A stretch of DNA of 64,000 nucleotides from a bacterium. Its GTDB lineage: Bacteria > Bdellovibrionota_C > UBA2361 > CALJRW01. The translations under genes were made by a program, and so were the position numbers. The first letter of the stretch is position 1; each line of letters begins with the position of its first letter. The notes under the pieces were generated by a model. The model was not told the DNA's origin, ran no database searches, and saw only the letters and a list, made by a program, of their open reading frames with translations. The stretch spans positions 224,001-288,000 of the forward strand of contig JANNBC010000024.1 in NCBI GenBank assembly GCA_031385045.1. The letters are read 5' to 3'. Of this stretch, positions 50,804 through 60,706 are shown one piece after another.

Positions 50804-50823
50804 AGCGACCCCCGCGGGTCGCT
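50804..50823. repeat. GC-rich REP-like hairpin AGCGACCC-N4-GGGTCGCT, copy 1
   Basis: The same 8-bp stem recurs at 53706-53725 with a different loop. It may double as the sigma gene terminator. Confidence 0.75.
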
Positions 50824-50983
50824 CCGAAACTCACATTTATTAAGAAAAGCCTAAATTAATTAAATTTCATATTAGAAATATCGATATAGCGTCAATTTGA
50901 CTAAGAACTACCCATTTGAGATTATCGTTATACTTACCCTCCAAAAATCAACCGGAGATAATAATTTAATTAACAAATGAGAT

Positions 50984-51643
50984 ATGGCATCTTTTTCAAT
51001 ACAATCAGATAGTAACAAATTTGAATATCAGGCTGGTCAGTGGTCACTTACGATAGACACAGCTAGTGGTATGATCAATGATCGCAACATACAAACTGCC
51101 ATCACAGGACCTAAGGCTGGAGAACCGATAGAAGCATTTTTTACTTTTACCAAAACCCCAGGTGCAAATTATGATGCTGGCAAAATTGTGCAAGAACCGG
51201 ATCTTGCTTATCCGATAACCGTAAGAGAACCAATTATTAAAGATGGTTTCTTCCAATTTAGCGCACAGGGTGAAATGCTAACGACAATCGCAGCAAAACG
51301 CTTAGTAGGTTTTATCTTACTAGATTCAGATGGAGAAAAGATCTTAGGACGAGGTTCGTGGAGTAATTTAGCTATTTTTAGCAAAAAAGATTATGAATTT
51401 GATACGGAAAGAAATGTACTTAGAATTGAACAGGACTATTATCGACTAATACAAACCATCGAAGCTGATAAAAATAGACTAGACGGTGTCGCTGGAACTT
51501 TTGTCAAAATTGATCAAAAAAGTGCTCTAGATGCCACACCAGAATTAGTTGTAAATTTTGAACTAGGTCTAGTTGCTAGCATCTTAATTCCAACTAATGC
51601 TGATCAAATTCTAGCCTTGAGAAAATTAAAAAATCGCGATTAA
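50984..51643 (+). CDS. Hypothetical protein
   Basis: 219-aa ORF with beta-rich composition; no motif recognised. Confidence 0.65.
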   Translation: MASFSIQSDSNKFEYQAGQWSLTIDTASGMINDRNIQTAITGPKAGEPIEAFFTFTKTPGANYDAGKIVQEPDLAYPITVREPIIKDGFFQFSAQGEMLTTIAAKRLVGFILLDSDGEKILGRGSWSNLAIFSKKDYEFDTERNVLRIEQDYYRLIQTIEADKNRLDGVAGTFVKIDQKSALDATPELVVNFELGLVASILIPTNADQILALRKLKNRD

Positions 51644-51924
51644 TATAATAATGAAAAAAGTAATTTCCATATGGAAATTAGATGGACTCATTACTGTAAA
51701 TCAAAGATATAAACAATTATTACCTTAAGAAATTATTGAACAAACTTGGACTTCTACCATACAATTCAGCTACTGAAATCTTTGATTTTGCCCCTAAAAA
51801 GCTAAGCTAAGCCAATTGAAATGTCATTTAAGATTATTATTGGCAATAAAGGGCCTAGAATACCCATTTTGACCATCTAGGATTACAGAATCAGCTAATG
51901 AAATTTCTTCGATATGCTTGAACT

Positions 51925-52662
51925 ATGCTGAAGTTAAGCTCTAATCAAATTACCAAATCAAACGCACTACATTCCTATCCGATTAATTTAACAGCTTTAA
52001 ATCGAGATTTACGCCTTGATGTGATTAATGGCTTTTTAATCTCCCAGGGGCTACTCCCCTTAAGTCGACTTGGTGATGCAAATAATGGAGAGTTAGAATT
52101 TACAGGGATAAATTCCTTTTGGGCCGATCCATTTGTTTCTAGAATTGATTTTCAAACTAAATGTTTAAATCGTGAGTTTAATCATCTTTGCTTTTTAAGC
52201 CCAGCGAGTGATGGTTGTTCTGGGACAATCGTTGTACCCGTTGTAAATAATCAGTATCTTTTACTTGTTGAACAATTTCGACCAACTGTAGGGGTGAGAA
52301 CTCTGGAAGTACCTCGAGGATTTATAAATCCAGAAGAATCAAACAGAATTAATAATTCCTTTGGAAATGCATTAAGGGAATTCTCTGAAGAAACTGGTTT
52401 AGACCAGACAAAAATTGCCTACTTTCCAAATTTAGTTGGAGAGGTTTTTGAAAACTCTGGAGTTTCCACAAATAAGAATAAGGTCTATCGGGTAGCAATC
52501 ACTGTTCCTGAGGAACAATTAAATAACTTAATTAAAACAAATCATTTAGATCAAGGAGAAGTTGATCAATTTGTTAGTACTCGGTTAGTAGAATTCAAAG
52601 ACCTAAAACTTGTGATTAAAGACCAACATTCAGCTAGTGCAATTTGGCTAGCACTAAACTAA
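51925..52662 (+). CDS. NUDIX hydrolase (ADP-ribose pyrophosphatase-like)
   Basis: LLVEQFRP, LEVPRGF and ALREFSEETGL. Confidence 0.85.
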   Translation: MLKLSSNQITKSNALHSYPINLTALNRDLRLDVINGFLISQGLLPLSRLGDANNGELEFTGINSFWADPFVSRIDFQTKCLNREFNHLCFLSPASDGCSGTIVVPVVNNQYLLLVEQFRPTVGVRTLEVPRGFINPEESNRINNSFGNALREFSEETGLDQTKIAYFPNLVGEVFENSGVSTNKNKVYRVAITVPEEQLNNLIKTNHLDQGEVDQFVSTRLVEFKDLKLVIKDQHSASAIWLALN

Positions 52663-52665
52663 ATC

Positions 52666-53553
52666 CTACATAAGATTTTCTTGAGTCAAAATATTTAACA
52701 GGTACTGCCCATAGGAATTTTTTCTTAGGTTATTGGCATTTTCTAGAAGCTGATCTTTATTAATAAACTTCATAAAATAGGCAATCTCTTCCGGACATGA
52801 AATCATCGAACCTTGTCTTTCTTCTAATGTTTGGATGTAATTGCATGCCTGTAAATATGATTCAAATGTTCCTGTATCTAGCCAAGCAAATCCTCTGCCT
52901 AAGACTTCCAGGGAAAGTTCTCCGCGTTCCACATAAACTTTATTAAGATCTGTAATTTCCAATTCCCCTCGTGGAGAAGGCTTTAAGCTTTTAGCATATT
53001 CGCAAACATTATTATCATAAAAATAAAGTCCAGTTATTGCAAAGCTGGATGTCGGCTTACTAGGTTTTTCAACTAATTCCGTAACCTTGCCATCCTTACC
53101 AAAAGTTGCCACTCCATATCTTTCTGGATCTTTCACATGATATGCAAAAATAGTTGCTCCTTTATTTCGGGCAGAAGCTCGACCCATGGTCTCGGGCAAG
53201 CCATGCCCATAAAAAAGGTTATCACCCAAGACCATCGCGACCGGTCGACCAGCCATAAACTCTTCGCCAATAATGAAGGCTTGTGCCAGCCCGTCGGGAG
53301 ACGGTTGAACTGCGTAGGAAATTTTTATACCAAACTGAGAACCATCGCTTAATAAATTCTGAAAGGCAGCTTGATCTTGAGGAGTTGTAATGATCAAAAT
53401 ATCTCGAATCCCTGCCAACATTAAAGTCGACAAGGGATAATATATCATTGGCTTATTATAAATTGGGAGAAGCTGTTTACTAACAGACTTAGTAACAGGG
53501 AAAAGACGTGTCCCAGAGCCTCCGGCTAAAATAATTCCACAGTAGTTATTCAT
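52666..53553 (-). CDS. rfbA: Glucose-1-phosphate thymidylyltransferase
   Basis: [40 protein letters not shown] and WLDTGT. Confidence 0.97.
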   Translation of the reverse strand: MNNYCGIILAGGSGTRLFPVTKSVSKQLLPIYNKPMIYYPLSTLMLAGIRDILIITTPQDQAAFQNLLSDGSQFGIKISYAVQPSPDGLAQAFIIGEEFMAGRPVAMVLGDNLFYGHGLPETMGRASARNKGATIFAYHVKDPERYGVATFGKDGKVTELVEKPSKPTSSFAITGLYFYDNNVCEYAKSLKPSPRGELEITDLNKVYVERGELSLEVLGRGFAWLDTGTFESYLQACNYIQTLEERQGSMISCPEEIAYFMKFINKDQLLENANNLRKNSYGQYLLNILTQENLM

Positions 53554-53579
53554 TATTTATACGCTAAATATTTGGTTCA

Positions 53580-53794
53580 TATACTAAAACCCATTGGGTA
53601 TTTCCTAACAGCTTGGAAAAAATCTAATAGATTTTTCAGTGTTTTGGCTTTCAGTATATTTGTCTTCCCTAGTCCTCAGCCTTATAAAATAATGCTGAGG
53701 ACCTCAGCGACCCCCAAGGGTCGCTTCAAGTGCTCCGCACTTGATATACTAAGCGCCTTTGTATGTTCGGTAATTTTCAATGTCGCTTAGTATA
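53580..53794. repeat. Mosaic of palindromic units, including copy 2 of the 50-bp MITE-like element (53745-53794)
   Basis: TATACT...AGTATA unit at 53580-53658; hairpins at 53672-53702, 53706-53725 and 53726-53744; 50-bp TIR element at 53745-53794. Confidence 0.8.
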
Positions 53795-53857
53795 TTTAGC
53801 ATAAAAATTAAATTATTCAAAAATACTATTTTATTGGATAGTTATAATACCAAAAGC

Positions 53858-54409
53858 CTAATCGAGCTTAAGTAATTGACTACGAACTCGCTGACTTAGC
53901 GGATACTCAGAAAGCCAGATGCCTAAATAATACTGGGCAAATTTGGAATTATTAATTGTTGGAAAAGTCTGATTGGGGTTGCTCAGTGTTAATCCCTGAT
54001 TGGTGATATAGGTTAAAAAATACTGATCATCTCGATCAACATCACTGTAATAATTGCTAACCTGATCTATTTCTTTCTGGTACTCAGTAAATATAAAATT
54101 GGGGTTCTTTTTTAAAGTATCAACTGCACCATCAACAATTCTTTTTTTATCAATTTTACGGTGATATTTAAAATGAAGAAATTTAGATATTTGTGGATCG
54201 AGTACATTTCCGGTTAAATTAGGCTGATCAACATAGAGCCCAATAGAATAAATATCCATAAACAAATAAGTAAAATCTGATTTACCTACTAAATAAAACT
54301 GGACACCAGAGCGTTCAATAGTTTTAGGATAACAACTAACTTCGGAACAAAGCTCTTCAGCCTGAGTGTTAATTGCCATTAATAAAAATAAAAAAAATAA
54401 TCGAATCAT
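53858..54409 (-). CDS. Chalcone isomerase-like exported protein
   Basis: Signal peptide, YLFMDIYSIGLY and YLGIWL..YP; context fits cfa operons. Confidence 0.8.
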   Translation of the reverse strand: MIRLFFLFLLMAINTQAEELCSEVSCYPKTIERSGVQFYLVGKSDFTYLFMDIYSIGLYVDQPNLTGNVLDPQISKFLHFKYHRKIDKKRIVDGAVDTLKKNPNFIFTEYQKEIDQVSNYYSDVDRDDQYFLTYITNQGLTLSNPNQTFPTINNSKFAQYYLGIWLSEYPLSQRVRSQLLKLD

Positions 54410-55137
54410 TAATTTGTCTTTAAACTGCCTAAGCCTCCATCAACAGCAATTATTTGCCCAGTAATCCATGTTGCTCGATCGGAGATTAAAAAATCTACTA
54501 AATTTACTAAATCATCGGTTGTTCCAAGACGTTTTAAGGCGTGCATTTTTTCAGAAACCTTAAGGCTATTTTCATTATTAAAAATAGATTCAGTCATTGG
54601 CGTGCGCGTAAGCCCCGGAGCAATAGCATTAAAGCGAATGTTTTTTCCTGCATATGTTGCCGAGGCGGAAAGTACTAAGCCATTAACAGCGCCCTTAGCA
54701 GCAGAGATTGCTTCGTGATTTGGGAGTCCAATTTGTGAGGCCGCAGAAGTAAATAAAATCACACTTCCACCATTTGGAGCTAAAAATCTTCCAGCAGCAC
54801 GAACAGTCGCAAAGGCAGTTGTTATATTCTTACTAATTACTTGCTCATATTCCAGTGACGACACTAAATGTGCCGGTTTAAGCAGAACAGATCCACAACA
54901 ATTAACCACTGCATCAATCCTACCAAAAACATCAGTAGCATTTTGAAAAACACGATTAACCTGCTCAAAATCACTACAATCTGCGACAGCATAATTTGCT
55001 AGCAGCTTATTGGCGAGACTAATTAGCTCCGCCTCATGTCGAGCTACTAAAAAACATTTCCAACCAGTAGCTGATAATCTTTGGCTTAAATCACTTCCAA
55101 CTCCGCCAGTAGCACCAAGGATAATTACATTTTTCAT
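54409..55137 (-). CDS. Short-chain dehydrogenase/reductase
   Basis: GATGGVG, NCCGS, IxxxK in place of YxxxK, NAIAPG and TGQIIAVDGG. Confidence 0.9.
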   Translation of the reverse strand: MKNVIILGATGGVGSDLSQRLSATGWKCFLVARHEAELISLANKLLANYAVADCSDFEQVNRVFQNATDVFGRIDAVVNCCGSVLLKPAHLVSSLEYEQVISKNITTAFATVRAAGRFLAPNGGSVILFTSAASQIGLPNHEAISAAKGAVNGLVLSASATYAGKNIRFNAIAPGLTRTPMTESIFNNENSLKVSEKMHALKRLGTTDDLVNLVDFLISDRATWITGQIIAVDGGLGSLKTN

Positions 55138-55142
55138 TGGAG

Positions 55143-55595
55143 CTAATATTTATTAAGTTTTGTTTTAATCCATTTGATAATTATGGACAGCACTGGGATT
55201 CTTTCATAAATAAAATCTCCAACATCATAGTAATCACGTTGATATTTTACTAGTTGAGTTTGAGGATCAAAGACTAAATGAGAAATACCTGGAACACTAA
55301 AAAGCTTCCCATGATTAAGCTTAGGGGCCTGCAAATGCATTGTCCAAAAGGCAGAAATTTTTTGCCCCTCACAAATAAAATCAGTAAATTCAAATTTTAT
55401 CTCCTCGACTGGCTGATAAATATGACTATAGTATGCTTTAATTTTGGATCCCCCACTAAGATCTACTAGCGGATCAATAAAATGAGCCTCAGAATGATAA
55501 AAAGTATCTACTAAATTAATATTTGTGGCACTTAGATTTGCAAAAAAATACTTAATTTTTTCTATCAGTGGATTTTCAATTACGCCGTTAGACAT
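55143..55595 (-). CDS. SnoaL/NTF2-like protein
   Basis: FYHSEAHFIDP, W.M, G.SHL and QRDYYD...YERIPVL. Confidence 0.85.
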   Translation of the reverse strand: MSNGVIENPLIEKIKYFFANLSATNINLVDTFYHSEAHFIDPLVDLSGGSKIKAYYSHIYQPVEEIKFEFTDFICEGQKISAFWTMHLQAPKLNHGKLFSVPGISHLVFDPQTQLVKYQRDYYDVGDFIYERIPVLSIIIKWIKTKLNKY

Positions 55596-57663
55596 TTGCC
55601 GACCTTTGAGAAAAGTATTTTTGATTTAAAACCTGCCGATCTTCACTACAAAGAACTTGATTGTTCGGCCTAGTCAATGTCAGGTGTAAAACATTAAGAG
55701 TTCTAGTTGCAAATGCAGATTCACAATATGCCAGGTAATAGTTCCAAGCTCGAATAAAACGTTCATCAAAACCTAACTTAAAAACCTGATTTAAATTTCG
55801 ATTAAAGCGCTTACGCCATTCCGCCAAAGTTGGAGCATAATGGGGGCCAATATTAGTAATCTCCTCAATTTCGAGTTCTGAATTTTTACGCAAGGCAATT
55901 TGTAATGCTTCTAATGAAGGGAGTAAAGAGCCTGGAAAGATATGTTTTTGAATCCAATCACAACGATTTTTTAGACGTTCAAAATATTGATCGTGAATGG
56001 TTATTACTTGCAATGCAATTAATCCATTGGGCTTAAGTAACTTTTCACAGGTTCTAAAAAAACTTTGATAATTTTTATGACCAATAGCCTCAAGCATCTC
56101 GATTGAAACTATCTTATCAAATTGACCGGTAACCTCCCGATAGTCACAGAATTTAATTTCAACTAAATGCTCTAGCTTTGCTTCCTTCACTCGCTCCTTT
56201 GCCAAATTAAATTGCTCCTGTGAAATAGTGATACTTGTCACATGGCAACCAACTTGTTTCGCTAGAGTAATTGCGAAAGAGCCCCAGCCACTACCAATTT
56301 CTAAAACATGATCAGCCTTAGTAATCCTTGCTTTCCTAATTAAAGAATCAATCTTATTTGCTTGAGCCGCCTCTAGGATAGTGCATTCCGGACTATAAAG
56401 TGCAGAAGAATACATCATGCTAGAATCTAAGAAAGTTTTGAAGAGATCATTACTTAAATCATAATGAGCCGAAATATTCTTCTTGGCACCAGCTAAGGAA
56501 TTAAAACGAAAGAGATGTCTCAAAAATTCTACCTTATCAAAAAAATAGTTAATGATGCGGTTTCTCTTTTCAATTTTTTCTTTATTAGCAATAAAATAAT
56601 CAACTACAGCAGTTATATCTCCAGTTTCCCAAAGTTTATCGGTATATGACTCCCCTAAGCCAATTGCACCATCGCGAACTAGTCTCCAAAAAAACTCATA
56701 ATGCTGAACTTGAATTTCCGCTTGAGGCAGTTGTTGTGCATCACCAAAAAATAAAATGCGATTATCTGGCAAAATAATTTTTAGAAACCCACGATCGAAT
56801 CCCCGAAACAACTTGATAATCTTATTTTGTGCCAAACTGTGTAAATAACTTGGAGGTCCAGTAAAAATAGTATGAGCACTGACTGGCTTAGGCTTTCTAA
56901 ATACTGGTAATTTTTTAATATAATACATCTTGGCCGCCTGATAGACTATCCTTGGATAAGTTAGACTTGCCGTCAGGGGAAACTTAACAAATATTTTTAA
57001 TAAATTTATAGTATTAAACTCGGCTCCCTCTCCCCAAACTCTAGAATAAAAATCTACCTTAACTTGCCTATCCTTCTCTCGCAGAACATTAATCTTAATA
57101 TCTAGTTGTTCCTCTGGCTCTGTTAACCAAAAATCATACATACCATCCATTGGATAAAAGGGTGAAACATGAAAGGATTTGGGTACAGTATAATGTTTAG
57201 CATATTTAGACTTGTCATCTAAACTTAATTCTTGGTGTAATAAGTAGAGGTGGCGCTCCGAAAAAGTATTATTCACTTCGGAAACAACGTAGATCAGTTC
57301 ATCTACCTTATTGTAACAGTAATAAAAACTTACCGGATTAAAAACATAATTAAAGTACCTGGCACTTGTAATTAAAACGATGCGCTCAATCTGCTGATTT
57401 AAGTTATTTTTGGATAAGTAACTTAATACTTTTTCTTTAATTGTTAATCCAGAATTATCTAGATAATCTTGGTCGAAAATAGCGGCCACTCTTTTTTTAT
57501 TATATCCAAAAATCCAAGAATTAAAGCTAGGTAATTCATCTAAGTCTAGCGCATAGAAGTAGACAGGATAGGCGAAAGTATGATCAACGGGACCAGTGCG
57601 ACTGTGCATCACCCTACCAGCATAAATCTTTGATCGTGGCTTAGAAGCTAATAAACTAGCCAT
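55588..57663 (-). CDS. DUF1365 and cyclopropane-fatty-acyl-phospholipid synthase-type methyltransferase fusion
   Basis: N-terminal HSR..P..H.F.Y, FNPVSFYY, EVNNTF and KSFHVSPF; C-terminal NISAHYDLSND, LEIGSGWG, SIEMLEA and WNYYLAYCE. Confidence 0.9.
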   Translation of the reverse strand: MASLLASKPRSKIYAGRVMHSRTGPVDHTFAYPVYFYALDLDELPSFNSWIFGYNKKRVAAIFDQDYLDNSGLTIKEKVLSYLSKNNLNQQIERIVLITSARYFNYVFNPVSFYYCYNKVDELIYVVSEVNNTFSERHLYLLHQELSLDDKSKYAKHYTVPKSFHVSPFYPMDGMYDFWLTEPEEQLDIKINVLREKDRQVKVDFYSRVWGEGAEFNTINLLKIFVKFPLTASLTYPRIVYQAAKMYYIKKLPVFRKPKPVSAHTIFTGPPSYLHSLAQNKIIKLFRGFDRGFLKIILPDNRILFFGDAQQLPQAEIQVQHYEFFWRLVRDGAIGLGESYTDKLWETGDITAVVDYFIANKEKIEKRNRIINYFFDKVEFLRHLFRFNSLAGAKKNISAHYDLSNDLFKTFLDSSMMYSSALYSPECTILEAAQANKIDSLIRKARITKADHVLEIGSGWGSFAITLAKQVGCHVTSITISQEQFNLAKERVKEAKLEHLVEIKFCDYREVTGQFDKIVSIEMLEAIGHKNYQSFFRTCEKLLKPNGLIALQVITIHDQYFERLKNRCDWIQKHIFPGSLLPSLEALQIALRKNSELEIEEITNIGPHYAPTLAEWRKRFNRNLNQVFKLGFDERFIRAWNYYLAYCESAFATRTLNVLHLTLTRPNNQVLCSEDRQVLNQKYFSQRSANV

Positions 57664-58910
57664 TAGATAAGTGCCTTAACTTTAAAATGACTAGCTAAGT
57701 TATTGGCTGAGACAACTGCATCTTCATGGAACCCATAGCCCAAATAGCTTCCACAATAAAAAACATTGGAGCGACCATTAAGAGATTTAACTTGTCCCTG
57801 TGTAATTAAGTTTTCACTAGTAAATAAAGGATGATAATAATCAAATTCTTGAATAATTTTATCTGGTGCAATAGTATGGTTAGGACTTAGAGTTACTAAA
57901 TATCGCTCTTTAGTTGTTAAGCCCTGCAAGCGATTCATATCATAAGTTACTGAAAGGTTTTGCCCATCTTTAGTTTCTTCAGCATTATAATTCCAAGAGG
58001 CCCAAGCACGGGAGTTTTTTGGCAAGACAGAAATATCCGTATGGAGCACAGTCCGGTTAAAGTTATATTGCCACTTTGAAAAACAGTATGACTCTTCTTT
58101 GGAAGGATTGCTAAAAATCGGGAGGACTTGATCAGCGTGAACTGCAAAAATTAAATAATCAAATTTCTGTTCGCTGTCTTCAGTTTTAACAGTGACGCCA
58201 ATATCTCCTCTAGTAACATTTTCTATCCGAGCATTTAAAATAATCTCCCCGGAGAATGTTTCTTTAAATTTTTTGACGTACTCTTGACTACCACCAACAA
58301 CAGTTTGCCAGCGCGGTCGATCTTTTAGTGAAAGTAGGCCGTGATTCTTAAAGAAGTTCAAAAAAGTGAATGCTGGAAACTGCAACATGTCCTCGCTTGG
58401 TGTTGACCATATGGAGGCTCCAATTGGCAAAACATAATCATAAATTAATTCGTAACTATATTTTTTTGATTTTAAATACTCACCGAGTGTTAACCCTAAC
58501 AAGCCATTACCAATCAAATCTTGAGTGGAGTTTTTGCAAAAGGCTTTTAATTCTAGTAAAAATCGATAAAATTTAGGATTAAAGAGATTAAGCCGATCGG
58601 CAAAAAAACCATTTAAGCCCGTTCCAGCATAGGCTAATTTTCGCGATTTAGAATGAAATGAAAAGGACATATCTGAATAGCGAATGGGGACGTCCAAGGC
58701 ATTCAGAAATCTGGTAAATGTAGGGTAAGTCTGATCATTTAAAACAATAAAGCCTGTATCGACAGCTAGTCCAGGTTTAATTTCAATTGTATTAGTGTGA
58801 CCCCCCAGATAGGCATTAGCCTCAAAAATTGTAACATTATAATCCTTCTGTAGCAGGTAAGCTGAAACAATCCCTGCTACACCTCCTCCGATGATTGCAA
58901 CTTTTCTCAT
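57663..58910 (-). CDS. FAD-dependent oxidoreductase (amine oxidase family, UfaD-like)
   Basis: IGGGVAG, LGGHTNT, VDTGFIV, WASWNY and GFHED. Confidence 0.88.
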   Translation of the reverse strand: MRKVAIIGGGVAGIVSAYLLQKDYNVTIFEANAYLGGHTNTIEIKPGLAVDTGFIVLNDQTYPTFTRFLNALDVPIRYSDMSFSFHSKSRKLAYAGTGLNGFFADRLNLFNPKFYRFLLELKAFCKNSTQDLIGNGLLGLTLGEYLKSKKYSYELIYDYVLPIGASIWSTPSEDMLQFPAFTFLNFFKNHGLLSLKDRPRWQTVVGGSQEYVKKFKETFSGEIILNARIENVTRGDIGVTVKTEDSEQKFDYLIFAVHADQVLPIFSNPSKEESYCFSKWQYNFNRTVLHTDISVLPKNSRAWASWNYNAEETKDGQNLSVTYDMNRLQGLTTKERYLVTLSPNHTIAPDKIIQEFDYYHPLFTSENLITQGQVKSLNGRSNVFYCGSYLGYGFHEDAVVSANNLASHFKVKALI

Positions 58911-59929
58911 GTCTGCTTTGGTTTAAATAAATAATGGCTAACTAGCCACTCTTGACCATCACGATATCCAAACAATTCGGCGCAAGCCAAAAAGAAAATC
59001 AGCCAGCGACGATACCAAAGTTTAGCTGATTTTCTGCCATATGTCTGCTCTAAGATTGGCATTACTAAATGCTTATTCTGTTTAATATTATTCGCCCAGG
59101 CATTGGCAGTTTTTTGATAATTAGTCCCAGAGACATCCCATTGCTCTGTGATTTCTAAATCTTGATCATATTGATAAAATAACTTCTTACTTGGCATAGT
59201 TCCACCTGCAAAAAAATATTTAGCCATCCACTGATCTTCTCGATGCTCATCAAAAAAATAGGTTAATTTTCGATGACAAAAAATATGAACAAAAAGTAAG
59301 CCTTGCGGGTCAAGCCACTTAGCAATTTTCTTAAATAGCATTGAGTAATTACGCAGATGTTCAAACATTTCAACCGAGACAATTCGGTCAAAGGTCTCAC
59401 TAAGCTCTAAATCATTAATATCCTTGGTAATCACTTGTAAATTACTAAGCCCTCTAGCCTCAGCAGTAGCCAAAATAAATTCTCTTTGAATTCTGGAATT
59501 AGACACAGCAGTAACAAGAGAATCAGGAAACTGCTTGGCTAAATAAAGAGAAAGTGAACCCCAACCACATCCTAGTTCCAAAATTCTGTGTCCATTTTGG
59601 ATTTGGGCGCGGGTTGCAATTTCAGCCAAAGAATCCAACTCTGCCTCTGCCAAGGTCTGAACTCCAGGAAAAAAAGTTGACCCGCTGTACTTTAAATTTG
59701 GACCCAAAACATTGATGAAAAACTCATAGGGCAATTCATAGTGTTGCTGATTTGCTTCCTTACTAGCTAAAGATATTTGTCCAGACTGTAAATTTGCCAA
59801 ACTTTCGGCAATTTGATTCTGCTGTTGATTCTCCTTTGCAAGTCGTTTTTCCAATAAACTTCTAATCCCATAGCGAATAATGCTATCTGGTATAGGTAAA
59901 TTTTCAACAATTTCAGTGCTTAAGCTCAT
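58907..59929 (-). CDS. SAM-dependent methyltransferase (CFA synthase/coclaurine N-methyltransferase-like)
   Basis: ANQQHYE, LGPNLKYS, LELGCGWGS, SVEMFEH and EWLVSHY. Confidence 0.9.
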   Translation of the reverse strand: MSLSTEIVENLPIPDSIIRYGIRSLLEKRLAKENQQQNQIAESLANLQSGQISLASKEANQQHYELPYEFFINVLGPNLKYSGSTFFPGVQTLAEAELDSLAEIATRAQIQNGHRILELGCGWGSLSLYLAKQFPDSLVTAVSNSRIQREFILATAEARGLSNLQVITKDINDLELSETFDRIVSVEMFEHLRNYSMLFKKIAKWLDPQGLLFVHIFCHRKLTYFFDEHREDQWMAKYFFAGGTMPSKKLFYQYDQDLEITEQWDVSGTNYQKTANAWANNIKQNKHLVMPILEQTYGRKSAKLWYRRWLIFFLACAELFGYRDGQEWLVSHYLFKPKQT

Positions 59930-59947
59930 GATAAATCTTTATATAGA

Positions 59948-60706
59948 CTAAAACCATGGGAAAAACTTACTAGTTTTTTGTTGATAATCTCGATATAAAT
60001 CACCTTTACTAATCAAAGCCTGTTTTTCAGAAGGCGGGACACCTGTTACATAAAGTAATAAAATTAACATTAATATTGGAGATAAAAGTGAGACTAACTC
60101 TCCCGAGGTACCCAATGCAAATAATGGATAACTAAGCCAAATAATCCATTCAAAAAAATAATTTGGATGACGAGAATATTTCCAAAGACCTAAGTCACAT
60201 ACTGCTCCCTGACGGTTACCAAGTGTTCGAAACTTTGCAAGCTGTGAGTCGGCAAGACTAACTCCTTGATAGCCAATAAAAAAAATAGCCAGTCCTAAAT
60301 AATCTGAGTAAGCAAACTGACTTCGCTCGAAAATATAATGATATGGGATAGCTAAAATCCCAGCCATTACAACCTGGGCTAAAAATAAGAAATAAAAGTT
60401 TTGTTTACCCTTTGTACCCCATTTCTTTCGAAGATTCTGATAACGACGATCTTCCCCTACTTTTAAAATTCTACCAAATAAAATTAAATGTCCTAATCTT
60501 AATGCCCAAATAAAAATTAATACAAAAATTATTACATTTCGAGTCGATGCCGGATGTTGTAAAAAACCAAAGACACCCCAAGATAGAACTAACATCGTCC
60601 ATCCAAAGTCTGCTAAATCCCCCTTAGCTTTTTTTTGAGCAATAAAATACAAAATATTTAAAACTAGTACCTGAGCAGAGATTAAGATCATCAAAGAACT
60701 ATTCAT
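59948..60706 (-). CDS. DUF1295 (steroid 5-alpha-reductase-like) membrane protein
   Basis: WALRL, EDRRY, GLWKYSRHPNYFFEW and YQQKTS.F.P. ATG 60706 is preferred. Confidence 0.88.
   Translation of the reverse strand: MNSSLMILISAQVLVLNILYFIAQKKAKGDLADFGWTMLVLSWGVFGFLQHPASTRNVIIFVLIFIWALRLGHLILFGRILKVGEDRRYQNLRKKWGTKGKQNFYFLFLAQVVMAGILAIPYHYIFERSQFAYSDYLGLAIFFIGYQGVSLADSQLAKFRTLGNRQGAVCDLGLWKYSRHPNYFFEWIIWLSYPLFALGTSGELVSLLSPILMLILLLYVTGVPPSEKQALISKGDLYRDYQQKTSKFFPWF

Noticed and set aside
53572..53790. 72-aa ORF on the plus strand
   Set aside because: It coincides with the palindromic repeat mosaic, starts with TTG, runs against both neighbours and has no protein motif.
2383..58576. Numerous 60-90 aa ORFs nested in or antisense to long genes
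   Set aside because: They are shadow ORFs of well-supported CDSs with no recognisable motifs.
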